A DNA stretch of 63,992 nucleotides, counting the filler, from Candidatus Hydrogenedentota bacterium (GTDB taxonomy: Bacteria > JBFMHD01), in assembly GCA_040752395.1 (NCBI GenBank). It is 12 parts of 12 records of this genome, joined end to end, with 100 filler letters (N's around TTAATTAATTAA, not from the genome) between each part and the next. Parts side by side here need not be neighbours in the genome. Positions count along the whole stretch, not along the records: positions 17,217 to 22,812 come from JBFMHD010000183.1; positions 22,913 to 28,496 come from JBFMHD010000184.1; positions 28,597 to 34,139 come from JBFMHD010000185.1; 9 more parts are not named here. One strand, 5' to 3'. Shown here one piece after another: positions 19,308-29,977 of the stretch (the first letter of the stretch is position 1; every line of letters starts with the position of its first letter). Both the position numbers and the translations under genes were made by a program. The notes beneath the pieces were generated by a model that was given only the letters and a program-made list of their open reading frames with translations, had not been told where the DNA came from and searched no databases.

Positions 19308-19780
19308 CCAAGATAAGAACAGGTATCGGTGTAGATGTACACAAATTTAAAAAAGGGAAAGGAATTATACTTGGTGGAGTTTATATTCCCTATATTAAGT
19401 CATTAAAAGGTTATTCTGATGCGGATGTTCTCATACATTCTATTATGGATGCATTACTTGGGGCAGTTTCACTCCAGGATATAGGTTTTTATTTTCCTTG
19501 TTCTGAGCCGGAGTATAAGAACATATCGAGTTTACTATTACTTAAAAGAGTATGTAGTCTGATAAAAAAGAAGAGATTTAGAATAATAAATATAAATAGT
19601 ATGATTTTAGCTCAGGAACCTAAACTCAGTACCTATAGAGAGGCAATGATAAAAAATGTTGAAGAAATTAGCGGTAAAGATACGTTTTCTGTTCAATTTT
19701 CAACAACTGAGCATCTCGGGTTTATTGGTAGAAAAGAGGGGATCTTGAGTATAACCTCAGTTTTAGTAGAGAAGATATGA
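19304..19780 (+). CDS. ispF: 2-C-methyl-D-erythritol 2,4-cyclodiphosphate synthase
   Basis: GIGVDVH, SDADVLIH, DALLGA, DIG. Confidence 0.93.
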   Translation: MTKIRTGIGVDVHKFKKGKGIILGGVYIPYIKSLKGYSDADVLIHSIMDALLGAVSLQDIGFYFPCSEPEYKNISSLLLLKRVCSLIKKKRFRIININSMILAQEPKLSTYREAMIKNVEEISGKDTFSVQFSTTEHLGFIGRKEGILSITSVLVEKI

Positions 19781-21075
19781 TACGAGTCAGGTTTGCACCT
19801 TCAAATACAGGCTATCTTCATATTGGTAACTGCCGCGTAGCATTATATAACTATCTCCTATCGAAAAAACATAATGGAACTTTTATTCTTCGCATAGAAG
19901 ACACTGATAAATTACGTTCCAGCGAAGAGTTTACGCATAATGTTTTAGATTCATTAAAATTTCTTGGTATCGAATGGGATGAGGGACCGTATTTTCAGTC
20001 ACAAAGATTTAACAGGCATCTTGAAATCGCAAACAAACTTGAAAAAGATGGTATATTAAAAAGAAGCAAAAAACAGGGTGGAGATATGAAAGAAGCGTTG
20101 GCGTATAAGTTTCCTTACCAGGACGTAGAATTCAAAGATGAGTTAAGAGGTGTTATAAAGAAAGATAAGGAAACAATAAAAAATATTGAAGAACTTGTAA
20201 TACTACGGAGTGACGGGACCCCAACATATAATTTTTGCTGTGTCGTTGACGATTATGATATGAAGATTACAGATGTTATACGCGGGGAAGACCATATTGA
20301 GAATACCTGGAAACAGATTTTATTATACCGCGTACTAGGGTGGCAGATACCACGATTTGTGCATCTCCCACTTATACTTGGTAGTGATGGTAAACCGTTA
20401 TCAAAAAGACACGGACACACCTCTATAGATGAATTTAGAAAAGAAGGATATGTAAAAGAAGCATTGGTGAATTATCTTGCGCTTTTAGGCTGGTCACATC
20501 CAGAGGGAAAAGATGAGTTCGAATTAAATGAACTTATTGAAAATTTCTCGATTGAAAGAGTTAACAAATCAGCCGCAATATTTGATGAGAAAAAGTTAAA
20601 ATGGCTGAATGGCATAAAGATAAGAAAATTAACCCCCAAAGTATGGGCTGAACGAATTAATGAATATAATAAAGATAACCCTGTAATAAAAAATTTTGTT
20701 GTTAAACCAGAATTTTATAATGCATTTAAAGACCATGGAGAGACTTTGCCGGAAGTACTTGAAAATATGAAAACTCTTACATCTTCTAAAATAGAAGATT
20801 TAAAACTTGTGGATGAGATTAAAACTAAAAAAGTGCTCTTTGATAAAGTCTATGATTATTTTAGCAACCAGGAGAAACTTGATCCTACTTCTATAATGAC
20901 ATTATTAAAAGAAATTCAAAAAGAGACAGGGATTAAGGGTAAGGAGTTGTATCATACTTTTAGAATATTGATAACAGGTAGAGAAAAAGGACCTGAACTT
21001 GATAAATTAATCGGTATAATGAATATTACTTTAATAAAAAATAGACTCAATAAGTTTAAAGAGTCAATCCAATGA
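19777..21075 (+). CDS. gltX: Glutamate--tRNA ligase
   Basis: RFAPSNTGYLHIGN, LRIEDTD, IRGEDH, LSKRHG. Confidence 0.95.
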   Translation: MIRVRFAPSNTGYLHIGNCRVALYNYLLSKKHNGTFILRIEDTDKLRSSEEFTHNVLDSLKFLGIEWDEGPYFQSQRFNRHLEIANKLEKDGILKRSKKQGGDMKEALAYKFPYQDVEFKDELRGVIKKDKETIKNIEELVILRSDGTPTYNFCCVVDDYDMKITDVIRGEDHIENTWKQILLYRVLGWQIPRFVHLPLILGSDGKPLSKRHGHTSIDEFRKEGYVKEALVNYLALLGWSHPEGKDEFELNELIENFSIERVNKSAAIFDEKKLKWLNGIKIRKLTPKVWAERINEYNKDNPVIKNFVVKPEFYNAFKDHGETLPEVLENMKTLTSSKIEDLKLVDEIKTKKVLFDKVYDYFSNQEKLDPTSIMTLLKEIQKETGIKGKELYHTFRILITGREKGPELDKLIGIMNITLIKNRLNKFKESIQ

Positions 21076-22436
21076 GTATCAGGATATTTAATACTCTCAC
21101 AGGCAGGATAGAAGAGATACACTCATTAAGAAACGATAAATCGATAGGAATGTACGTTTGTGGTGTTACTGTATACGATTATTCACATATAGGCCATGCA
21201 CGGGGTGCTATACTCTTTGATGTATTCAGGAGATTTTTAATCCAAGAGGGGTTTAAAGTTACCTATGTAAGAAATATCACTGATATAGATGATAAAATAA
21301 TCAATCGGGCTATTTCGGAAAAGACGCCCTGGGATGAAATAGCAAAAAAATATACAGAAGAATATTACAAAGATATGGAGTTATTACGGGTTGATAAAGC
21401 AACGATAGAACCTAAAGCTACAGAACATATTCCCGAAATGATAGAGATAGTAGCTGGTTTGCTACAAAAAGGGTATGCATACGACTCTTGTGGCGATATA
21501 TATTTTTCAATAGATAAATTTCCTGCTTACGGTAAATTATCTAAAAAAAATTTACAGGAGCTGATAGCAGGGGCCCGGGTGGAGGTAAGCGAGAAGAAAA
21601 GGAACCCACTTGATTTTGTTTTATGGAAATATTCTAAAGAGAACGAGCCTTCGTGGGATAGCCCCTGGGGCAAGGGACGGCCTGGCTGGCATATAGAATG
21701 TTCAGCTATGAGTATGAAATATTTAGGAGAGAGTTTTGAGATACATTGTGGAGGTAGTGACCTGATTTTTCCACACCATGAGAATGAGATAGCACAGAGC
21801 GAGGCATATACAGGCAAAGAGTTTGCCAGATACTGGGTTCACAATGCGTTTGTAACTATTAACAAAGAAAAGATGTCTAAATCTTTAGGTAATTTTTTTA
21901 CTATACGTGAGGCGCTCAAAAGATGGTCACCTGAAGCTATTAGACATTTTATATTAAAAACAAAATACTCCCACCCGCTTAATTTCTCTATCGAGGATCT
22001 CGATGCATCAGAGTCAGCGGTTATGCGCTTAAAAGATTTAAAAACAAGACTTGATGAATTGAATGTTTGTTCAACTACCAAAGAAACCGCTGAGATCGAG
22101 GAGTTTTATAATAGTTTAAAAGACGATTTTAATACTGGTAAAGCTATTGGAATAATGTTTGAGCTGGTATCTGAGATAAATAAATGTATAGAAGCAAATA
22201 ATTTAAAAGAGATTGCAGAACATCGGGACACTTTGTATAGAATGGACGATTTATTCAAGATAATACCTGTTATTAAAGACGAGATCACAAGCGAGGATGT
22301 GGCATTAATTATGGAGCGAGAGCAGGCAAGAGAACGTAAGGATTATAAATGTGCTGATGAGATCCGATTACTCCTTGAAAAACGAGGGATATACCTCAAA
22401 GACACCAAATCTGGCACCAAATGGTATAAAAAATAA
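21072..22436 (+). CDS. cysS: Cysteine--tRNA ligase
   Basis: CGVTVY, HIGH, GRPGWHIECSAM, KMSKS. Confidence 0.97.
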   Translation: MSIRIFNTLTGRIEEIHSLRNDKSIGMYVCGVTVYDYSHIGHARGAILFDVFRRFLIQEGFKVTYVRNITDIDDKIINRAISEKTPWDEIAKKYTEEYYKDMELLRVDKATIEPKATEHIPEMIEIVAGLLQKGYAYDSCGDIYFSIDKFPAYGKLSKKNLQELIAGARVEVSEKKRNPLDFVLWKYSKENEPSWDSPWGKGRPGWHIECSAMSMKYLGESFEIHCGGSDLIFPHHENEIAQSEAYTGKEFARYWVHNAFVTINKEKMSKSLGNFFTIREALKRWSPEAIRHFILKTKYSHPLNFSIEDLDASESAVMRLKDLKTRLDELNVCSTTKETAEIEEFYNSLKDDFNTGKAIGIMFELVSEINKCIEANNLKEIAEHRDTLYRMDDLFKIIPVIKDEITSEDVALIMEREQARERKDYKCADEIRLLLEKRGIYLKDTKSGTKWYKK

Positions 22437-22912
22437 TAAATTGAAATTCTGCAAAAAATATATCTAAAAACTTAATATGAGTGCCAGACGCACAACCATA
22501 TCAATTGATGGAAATAGCAATTTGAAAAGAAAAGAGTTATTCGATTGGTACAAAAATATAAAAACCGGAAGGAGCCAGCCTGTTCCAAGACATACTGAGA
22601 TTGAAGACGGTCTCAATCAAAGAAACGGCGTTTGTGGGTTGGAGGTTTTTTTAACACGGGTTTTATATCAGGCTTATAGTCACCTACTAAATAATCTTTG
22701 ATGGAACGAAATAACAAAGGATATAGATTTTGTGAGGGTAGATCAGTGTGAATGACAATCGCGGTCATAGAAGTATGGGTTAATAAATAATGGCTTTCAG
22801 CTGAATAGGTATNNNNNNNNNNNNNNNNNNNNNNNNNNNNNNNNNNNNNNNNNNNNTTAATTAATTAANNNNNNNNNNNNNNNNNNNNNNNNNNNNNNNN
22901 NNNNNNNNNNNN

Positions 22913-23049
22913 AGCCTGCTGAAAAGTCTTAAGTCTTGAGTCTTGAGTCTCGAGTCCTGTTTTGACTCACGACTTGCGACTCACGACTCTTTTCATATCA
23001 TCTTTAGTTTTTCATACGTTGTGTAGAGCGCAAGAACGCAATAACGCAT
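22913..23049 (-). repeat. Mosaic element starting immediately after the lepA stop (D-C-E), cut by gap
   Basis: TAA then ATGCGTTATTGCGTTCTTGCGCTCTACAC, module C 22994-23015, GACTCAA heptamers. Confidence 0.9.
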
Positions 23050-24843
23050 TTATTCAGGTTCGTTTGCGCGCAGGACAGCGAGGAAGCCTTGTTGCGGGAT
23101 CTCGACCTTACCGATTTTCTTCATTCTTTTTTTACCCTCTTTCTGTCGTTCGAGCAGTTTTCGTTTACGAGTCACGTCACCGCCATAACATTTTGCTGTC
23201 ACGTTCTTGCGAAGCGCTGATATGTTCTCCCGAGCTATCACTCGACTGCCTGTGGCTGCCTGGATCGGGATTGTAAATAGATGTCGTGGGATGACCTCTT
23301 TTAATTTCTTAACAAGATTTTTGCCGTATCTATAAGCCTTTGTTTTATGAACAATGACACTTAATGCATCAACGGGTTCATCATTAACTAAGATATTAAT
23401 TTTAACCATATCTGATTTTTTGTAATGAAGGTTGCTGTAATCCATTGATGCATAACCTCTGCTAATTGATTTTAGTTTATCATAGAAATCAAATATCATT
23501 TCAGTTAACGGCATCTCATATTCGAGCATCACTTTCTCGCAGTCAAGATATATCATCTCTTTTTGTATAGCTCTTCTGTCATTTAAAATATCCAGTATAG
23601 AGCCAACATAAAAGGAAGGTGATACTATCTTCAGGTCAAGATAAGGTTCTTCGACGTAATCAATCATAGCGGTATCTGGGAATTTAGAAGGATTTTCACA
23701 GTAAGCGGTCTCGTTATTTTTCATAACAACTTTATATTTTACGTTAGGCGCGGTAACAATCAGATCGAGATTAAATTCTCGCTCTAATCGTTCCTGAATA
23801 ATCTCCATATGTAATAATCCGAGGAATCCGCATCTATATCCAAAGCCGAGTGCATTAGATGTTTCCTGGCTGAACTCAAACGATGTATCATTTAAGTGAA
23901 GTTTTAGAAGCGCTTTTTTTAATTCTTCGAAATCAGTGCCTCTTACAGGATACATACCACAAAAGACCATAGGCTTTAGTTCTTTATAACCTGGTACAGG
24001 TTTTATTTCAGGGACTGAGACATTATAAAGCGTATCACCTATCTTTATTTCGCGTAAACTTTTAAACCCGGCGATACAATAACCGACCTCACCTGCTGTA
24101 AGTTTATCAGATGGGGCTCTTTCAGGCGTAAGATAACCTATCTCCTGAACCTCATAAACTTTCTCTCCGCTATAAAATTTTACTTTCATCTTTTGTTTAA
24201 TTTTACCATCAAACACTCTGATATAAATGACACCTGCAACGTAATCATCATATTTAGCATCAAAAACAAGTGCTTTGAAAGGGGCGTCAGTTGAGCCAGA
24301 GGGTGGTGGAATCCGCTCTATAATACTACAAAATACGCTGTCAATTCCCTCTCCTGTTTTGGCACTTATATAAAGTATCTCATCTTTAGAAAAACCAAGG
24401 TCTATAATCTGATTTCGTATTCTATCAAGATTTATGTTTTTAACATCTATTTTGTTAATGACAGGTATGACAATCTTACCTGTATCCATAGCGAGATATA
24501 AATTAGCAATGGTCTGGGCTTCAACGCCCTGTGTCGCATCAACAAGTAATATGACGCCTTCGGTTGCCCCTAAAGATCTTATAACTTCGTATGAAAAATC
24601 AACGTGTCCTGGTGTATCGATAAGATTTAAGATATATTCTTCATTACGAAAATTATATTTTAGTCTTGCGGTATTTGCTTTAATAGTTATGCCCCGTTCT
24701 CTTTCTATCTCCATATCATCCATAATGAGTTCTATTTTTTCTTTTTTTTGTAATAGTCCTGCTTTTTCAATGAGTCTATCAGATAAAGTGGATTTACCAT
24801 GGTCTATATGAGCTATTATGGCAAAATTTCGAATATTGTTCAT
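23050..24843 (-). CDS. lepA: Elongation factor 4
   Basis: IAHIDHGKSTL, DTPGHVDF, GFLGLLHMEI, KCYGGDVTRKRKL. Confidence 0.98.
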   Translation of the reverse strand: MNNIRNFAIIAHIDHGKSTLSDRLIEKAGLLQKKEKIELIMDDMEIERERGITIKANTARLKYNFRNEEYILNLIDTPGHVDFSYEVIRSLGATEGVILLVDATQGVEAQTIANLYLAMDTGKIVIPVINKIDVKNINLDRIRNQIIDLGFSKDEILYISAKTGEGIDSVFCSIIERIPPPSGSTDAPFKALVFDAKYDDYVAGVIYIRVFDGKIKQKMKVKFYSGEKVYEVQEIGYLTPERAPSDKLTAGEVGYCIAGFKSLREIKIGDTLYNVSVPEIKPVPGYKELKPMVFCGMYPVRGTDFEELKKALLKLHLNDTSFEFSQETSNALGFGYRCGFLGLLHMEIIQERLEREFNLDLIVTAPNVKYKVVMKNNETAYCENPSKFPDTAMIDYVEEPYLDLKIVSPSFYVGSILDILNDRRAIQKEMIYLDCEKVMLEYEMPLTEMIFDFYDKLKSISRGYASMDYSNLHYKKSDMVKINILVNDEPVDALSVIVHKTKAYRYGKNLVKKLKEVIPRHLFTIPIQAATGSRVIARENISALRKNVTAKCYGGDVTRKRKLLERQKEGKKRMKKIGKVEIPQQGFLAVLRANEPE

Positions 24844-26591
24844 TAATCAAAAGCACCTATTTTTTTGAGTATAGGACCGATAGTTTTTTTCAGTTTTTTT
24901 TCTACTAATTCATGGGAGGGTAGTTCAAGAAGTGGTGGGATTATATTTTTAATCGTGGTTGTATCTAAATGCATAATTATATTTTTCACTTCAAGTAAAG
25001 AGGCTATACTGACACTGAATTCTCTAATCCCAAGACCAATCAATAGTGGAATGAACTCAATTTCAGAAGCCATCTCGCCACAAATCCCCACTTCAATACC
25101 TGCTTCATTAGCTGCGTCAACGGTTTCTTTGATTAATCTAAGGTTTGCGGGGTGAAGCGGGTTATACAAATGTGCCACGTGTTCATTACCTCTATCAACC
25201 GCGAGAGTATATTGCAGCAAATCATTTGTACCTATTGAAAAGAAATCAACAATTTTTGCAAAATGTTTAGCTAAAAGGGCGGCAGCTGGTATCTCAATCA
25301 TTATACCCACTTTTATATCGGTCTCTTTTTTTAATTCTTCTTTTGCCTTCTGTAAGCACTTTTTTGCTTCCTGTAACTCATATATATTCGATATCATAGG
25401 AAACATAACATAAACATTACCGTGTTCAGAGGCACGCAGGATAGCCCGCAGCTGAGTAATAAACATATCTTTGTTAAATAAAGAAAATCTTATTGCGCGT
25501 AACCCAAGGAATGGGTTCTGTTCTCTTATGTATTCACCGTCTTTGAAAACTTTATCTCCACCAACATCAATAGTTCTAATCACCAATGGTTTATCTTTTA
25601 ATAATTTTACAGCCTTTAAATATTCCCTGTATTGTTCATCTTCTTTTGGGAAGTCAAGTCTATCAAGAAATAGGTACTCAGTTCTAAAAAGTCCGACACC
25701 TTCGGCACCTGTTTCAAGGGAGGGCACTATTTCATCAGGGTTCTCAATATTTGCCAGAATTTTTATTTTTATGCCGTCAATAGTGACAGTTCCTCGGTCT
25801 TTCAAAGTGATAAGTGTTCTTCTATGTTCTTCAATTTCGAACTGTTTTTTTATATATCTATTTTCAGTCCTTTTTAGAGGATTTAAAATAACTAAACCTT
25901 CTTCACCATCGATAATCATTTTATCGCCAGGCCTGGCATATATCATAATATCTTTTATTCCAACAACAGCTGGTATATTCAGTGATCGACCAAGGATGGC
26001 GGTATGCGAGGTTCTGCTGCCAACCGCTGTAGCGAACCCGAGAATAAAAGTTTTATCCATACCCGCACTATCAGAGGGTGTTAAATCCTGTGCAACTATA
26101 AGTGATGGTTTTTTAATTTTATGTTTTTCATCCCATTTTGTTAATTTCTTTAATATTCGAAGGCCTACGTCCTGGATATCCATTTTCCTTTCTTTGATAT
26201 ATTCATCATTAATATCTTCAAATCTTTCTTTAAATTTCTCTATGGTTTCAAGTAATGCAAACTCAGAATTAATCTTTTCTTTTCGGATTTTACTTGTAAC
26301 TTCAGTTATTAAAAGCGGGTCTTCGAGCAGTAATATGTGGGCTTCAAAAATATCGGCTCCGATTTCATCTGTTTTACCACCTATCTTTTCTTTAAGATTT
26401 AAAATATCTGCTTTACACTCCTCTATGGCTTGTTTGACTCTTTGTACCTCTTCTTCAATCTTTCTTGTATCAATCACATATCTTGTTACGTCAATCTCCG
26501 GGGTATGAAGATTGACTTCGGCTATAGCGATCCCCGGGGACGCAGGTATACCTTGTAATCTTATCTCTTGTTTCAGTCTTCTGGCGATCAA
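24843..26591 (-). CDS. ptsI: PTS enzyme I
   Basis: TSHTAI, GLFRTE, NPFLGLRAIR, SIGTNDL, CGEMA. Confidence 0.96.
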   Translation of the reverse strand: MIARRLKQEIRLQGIPASPGIAIAEVNLHTPEIDVTRYVIDTRKIEEEVQRVKQAIEECKADILNLKEKIGGKTDEIGADIFEAHILLLEDPLLITEVTSKIRKEKINSEFALLETIEKFKERFEDINDEYIKERKMDIQDVGLRILKKLTKWDEKHKIKKPSLIVAQDLTPSDSAGMDKTFILGFATAVGSRTSHTAILGRSLNIPAVVGIKDIMIYARPGDKMIIDGEEGLVILNPLKRTENRYIKKQFEIEEHRRTLITLKDRGTVTIDGIKIKILANIENPDEIVPSLETGAEGVGLFRTEYLFLDRLDFPKEDEQYREYLKAVKLLKDKPLVIRTIDVGGDKVFKDGEYIREQNPFLGLRAIRFSLFNKDMFITQLRAILRASEHGNVYVMFPMISNIYELQEAKKCLQKAKEELKKETDIKVGIMIEIPAAALLAKHFAKIVDFFSIGTNDLLQYTLAVDRGNEHVAHLYNPLHPANLRLIKETVDAANEAGIEVGICGEMASEIEFIPLLIGLGIREFSVSIASLLEVKNIIMHLDTTTIKNIIPPLLELPSHELVEKKLKKTIGPILKKIGAFD

Positions 26592-26593
26592 AG

Positions 26594-26878
26594 TTATTCT
26601 TCTCCAAACTTGCTGTTAATTAAATCCTCAAAAGCCTTCATAGCTTTGTCCGCATCTTCACCCTCAATCTCTACTTTAATCTTACTGCCTTTAGTTGCAG
26701 CAAGCATCAATACTCCCATTATAGACTTACCATTAACTCGCTCACCATCTTTTATAAGATAAGTTTCTGATTGAAACTTATTGAGGGTCTGAACAATTAA
26801 CGCAGCTACGCGTGCATGTAATCCAAGTTTATTCTGTATCTCAAGTTCTTTCGATATCATTAAAACAGCGGTATTCAT
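26594..26878 (-). CDS. ptsH: HPr phosphocarrier
   Basis: GLHAR, KSIMGVLMLAA. Confidence 0.93.
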   Translation of the reverse strand: MNTAVLMISKELEIQNKLGLHARVAALIVQTLNKFQSETYLIKDGERVNGKSIMGVLMLAATKGSKIKVEIEGEDADKAMKAFEDLINSKFGEE

Positions 26879-26879
26879 A

Positions 26880-27869
26880 TTAAATCTTGTCCTGATTCTC
26901 TATCCATTCAACGAGTTTTTTATTAAATTCTCTTGCTGCATGATAACCCATCATTTTAAGTCTCTGATTCATAGCAGCCACTTCAATAATCACAGCGATG
27001 TTTCTACCTGGTCTCACCGGGATTAAAATAAGCGGTACTTTTATATCCATAACGTTCTGAAACGAATCCTCAAGTCCCAATCTATCATAATCTCTTGTTT
27101 CAACCCATATCTCAAGATTAACTATAACATCTACCCTGTGTTGTTCTCTTATCGCTCTAACCCCATAAATACTTCTTATATTTATAATACCGACACCGCG
27201 GATCTCCATATGATGTTTAATAATATGTGCTCCGCTACCTATAAGGATACCGCCTGGCATACGTTTAATATCAACAACATCATCAGCGATAAGTCTATGG
27301 CCTCTTTCAATTAAATCAAGAGCGCTCTCGCTTTTACCGACTCCGCTTTTCCCTATCATAAGTACGCCGACACCAAATACTTCCATAAACACGCCGTGAA
27401 CAGTAATAGAGGGTGTGAGTTTTTCTTCTAAGAAATCAGTTATTTTTCTTATGAAATCCGAGGTCGGTTCTTTAACTTTTATAAGTGGCAGTTCTTTATC
27501 TACTGCGTATTTCAGAAGTATCGGCGGTATCTCCATATTTTCTGTTATAAAGATACATGGTATGGGAAAACTAAAATATCTTTCTAAATTTTTTTTTAAT
27601 TGTTTTTCTGGGAGACTTAAAAGATAGCTTACTTCATTCTGACCGAAAACCTGAACCTTGTCATAATCAAAATGCTCCAGATAACCTGCTAAAGCGAGGC
27701 CTGGTCGATGTATGAGCGGTTCACGAATAAAATATTTTTTCAAATTATTCATACCTGCGATGAGTTCTATGTTCTCAGCTATAGCCGGGGACTGGATTAT
27801 ATCAACTATAAAGCACTCTTTTTTTTCAGGTTTTATTTCAAACTCGTTCATCTTGTTGCTTCGCTCCAT
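26880..27869 (-). CDS. hprK: HPr kinase/phosphorylase
   Basis: RPGLALAG, GKSGVGKSE, LIADD, EIRGVGII, PVRPGRN; start 27869 or 27851 (the 27932 extension is repeat-derived). Confidence 0.95.
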   Translation of the reverse strand: MERSNKMNEFEIKPEKKECFIVDIIQSPAIAENIELIAGMNNLKKYFIREPLIHRPGLALAGYLEHFDYDKVQVFGQNEVSYLLSLPEKQLKKNLERYFSFPIPCIFITENMEIPPILLKYAVDKELPLIKVKEPTSDFIRKITDFLEEKLTPSITVHGVFMEVFGVGVLMIGKSGVGKSESALDLIERGHRLIADDVVDIKRMPGGILIGSGAHIIKHHMEIRGVGIINIRSIYGVRAIREQHRVDVIVNLEIWVETRDYDRLGLEDSFQNVMDIKVPLILIPVRPGRNIAVIIEVAAMNQRLKMMGYHAAREFNKKLVEWIENQDKI

Positions 27870-27877
27870 TGTAAATT

Positions 27878-27931
27878 GTAAGTAGAAGTAAGAGGCAAGA
27901 AGCAAGATAACGGAAGAAGTGAGAGGTATCA
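27878..27931 (-). repeat. Module F + GCAAGA heptamers beginning at the ptsN TGA
   Basis: TGATACCTCTCACTTCTTCCGTTATCTTGCTTCTTGC identical to 38093-38129 and 51300-51336. Confidence 0.88.
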
Positions 27932-28390
27932 TTTTTGTTTTTCTTCTTCTTTTATTATTTCATAAATCTCTTTTGCATTTTTAGCACTTAATAAAGCATC
28001 ACGAAAATAAGCGTGTTTCAAAAGTCTTGATATATGAGCCAGGGCTTTAACATGGGGCCCTGATTGATCTTCTGGCGCAAGTAAGAGATAAAATATTTTT
28101 ACAGGTCTGCCATCTAAAGCTCCAAAATCTATGCCTTTTAAACTACGTCCAAAAGCTATGATCAAATCAGGTACTGCATTTGTTTTAGCGTGTGGTAACC
28201 CTATATCATTACCTATACCTGTACTCATTAGTTCTTCTCTCTGCTTAACAGCAGCTATAATAGCGGATTTATCGATATTTTTCTGTTTTTTTAATGCCAG
28301 ATCAACAAGCTCCTCAATGACTTCATCTTTTGTGGTGGCTTTTAATGAAGGTTCTATCAAGTCTTCACTCATTATTTCCGTAATCTTCAT
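27929..28390 (-). CDS. ptsN: PTS EIIA (Ntr/fructose type)
   Basis: REELMSTGIG, LPHAK, GIDFGALDG; true ATG 28390. Confidence 0.85.
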   Translation of the reverse strand: MKITEIMSEDLIEPSLKATTKDEVIEELVDLALKKQKNIDKSAIIAAVKQREELMSTGIGNDIGLPHAKTNAVPDLIIAFGRSLKGIDFGALDGRPVKIFYLLLAPEDQSGPHVKALAHISRLLKHAYFRDALLSAKNAKEIYEIIKEEEKQK

Positions 28391-28397
28391 AAAGAAT

Positions 28398-28496
28398 CCT
28401 CCTCTGAAAAACATTGTAATTATAATGATATCAAGTAGAAGCAAGAAGCAAGATAACGGAAGAAGTGAGAAGTATCAGGACAGGCTACAGGCTACG
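28398..28496 (-). repeat. Mosaic element (B-F-G-terminal) providing the ptsN SD
   Basis: Terminal module 28398-28430; cut by gap. Confidence 0.9.
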
Positions 28497-28719
28497 NNNN
28501 NNNNNNNNNNNNNNNNNNNNNNNNNNNNNNNNNNNNNNNNTTAATTAATTAANNNNNNNNNNNNNNNNNNNNNNNNNNNNNNNNNNNNNNNNNNNNTCAC
28601 CTTTGGTTACATAGCCGTTACTTTTATCTTTATACTCAATAACTTTTTTATTATTCATAACCCTTTACTAATAATATTTTACAAATTTTGTCAATAACAA
28701 TTTTTTAAACAAAGGTAAA

Positions 28720-28895
28720 GCCTCGGTCTTCGGTGGAGTTGGTTAATATTAGATCATCTACGGTTTGAGGCGCAAAGGCAGACAGGAGATAAAAAGATTG
28801 AAAGATTAAAAAATTGAAAATTAGGAGACAGGAGACAGAAGACAGGAGGAGAAGGCACAGAGGCACAAAGTTTTTTCTTGTGTGTGTCTTTGCCC
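28720..28895 (+). repeat. Mosaic element (CTCGGTCTTCGGTGG module, AAGATT(G/A)A, GGAGACA, GGCACAGA repeats)
   Basis: Shares modules with 11546-11572 (rev), 49990-50030, 61870-61978 (rev), 5346-5377. Confidence 0.7.
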
Positions 28896-29043
28896 GGCTG
28901 ACAGGATGTCAGTCGGAATAATGTCAGGATGAATTGTTTTTAGAATGGTCAGGTCAAAATGTGCCGAAAATTTACTAAAAAATGTCTCGACAAACGGGGA
29001 GCACTACAAAAGAAGAAGGTAAATATAAAAACTGCGGGTGAAC

Positions 29044-29853
29044 TCACTTGATTTTAGCGGATTTATATGCAAGGTTGTCTTCGAGATGAAAGCCGTATTT
29101 AGAACACCACAAACAGCCTTTTGTATTGTAATTCGGGCATTCTGATTTCCTTACTATCTTCTTCCATAAAGAAATCTCATATTTTCCTCCCACCATATCG
29201 CCTGTAATATCCCAGGATTTTTCAAATGGTCCCTCTTTTAACTCGATAAATTTATAGTCACCCTCTCTAACAATGTCTCTAATCCCTCTTCTATATATTG
29301 CACGAACAAGATAGATCGGACCATCAACCACATAACCTCTTGCTACTATTTTACAGGTCTTTTTTACATTGTCTTTGACCAATCTTGCATCAAAACTGAA
29401 TTTACATCCCTCCTCGGACTTTAACAAAGCTGTATCAGTTTGAGATGAAGACAGAGTAAGTTGACCATATTTATAATCAAGCTGGTTTTCTAAATGATAA
29501 CCATAGGTGCTGCAATACTGGCATCCTGGATTTGTACAATCTTTCTTTTCAACTTTTTTACCCCATAAAGCAACTTCATAGCTTCCATTATTAAAATTTT
29601 CAGGGATAGTTATTGTTTTATTTATTTTTTTATTCTCTACTTTTATTAAATCTGATTTTAAATCTTTTGTCGGGTCAGCATAAGTAGCTGTATATAAAGA
29701 GTAGCCGACATAATAACCGTCCTTGTCTGTCTCAGCTGAAATGACAAGCACCAAATTAGTTTTAATGTCTTTAACTTCAACTTTTAATTTGTTCACCTCA
29801 GCTAAAAGGTTAGTTGTAAAAATCAGAGAGCATATAAACAAAGCCTTTATCAT
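29044..29853 (-). CDS. Secreted hypothetical protein with two repeated Cys-containing domains
   Basis: Signal peptide; YEVALWGKK..C..GCQYCSTYGYHLEN and YEISLWKK..C..GCLWCSKYGFHLED. Confidence 0.7.
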   Translation of the reverse strand: MIKALFICSLIFTTNLLAEVNKLKVEVKDIKTNLVLVISAETDKDGYYVGYSLYTATYADPTKDLKSDLIKVENKKINKTITIPENFNNGSYEVALWGKKVEKKDCTNPGCQYCSTYGYHLENQLDYKYGQLTLSSSQTDTALLKSEEGCKFSFDARLVKDNVKKTCKIVARGYVVDGPIYLVRAIYRRGIRDIVREGDYKFIELKEGPFEKSWDITGDMVGGKYEISLWKKIVRKSECPNYNTKGCLWCSKYGFHLEDNLAYKSAKIK

Positions 29854-29977
29854 AAAAATTAACCCCCTTTCTTAAAAATAATCCAAAATTAGTAAGGGCG
29901 AATTTATCTGCTTCTACTGGTAAAAATATGGTTATGCAGTGGTTTAGATTTAAGATAGACTATCTCTTTTAGCAATT

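Noticed and set aside
22477-22812. 74-aa ORF and downstream sequence after cysS
   Set aside because: May be a decayed gene, but I cannot assign a family or support expression
25471-26508. 345-aa plus-strand ORF and other shadow ORFs
   Set aside because: Antisense to well-conserved genes (here ptsI); no recognisable motifs
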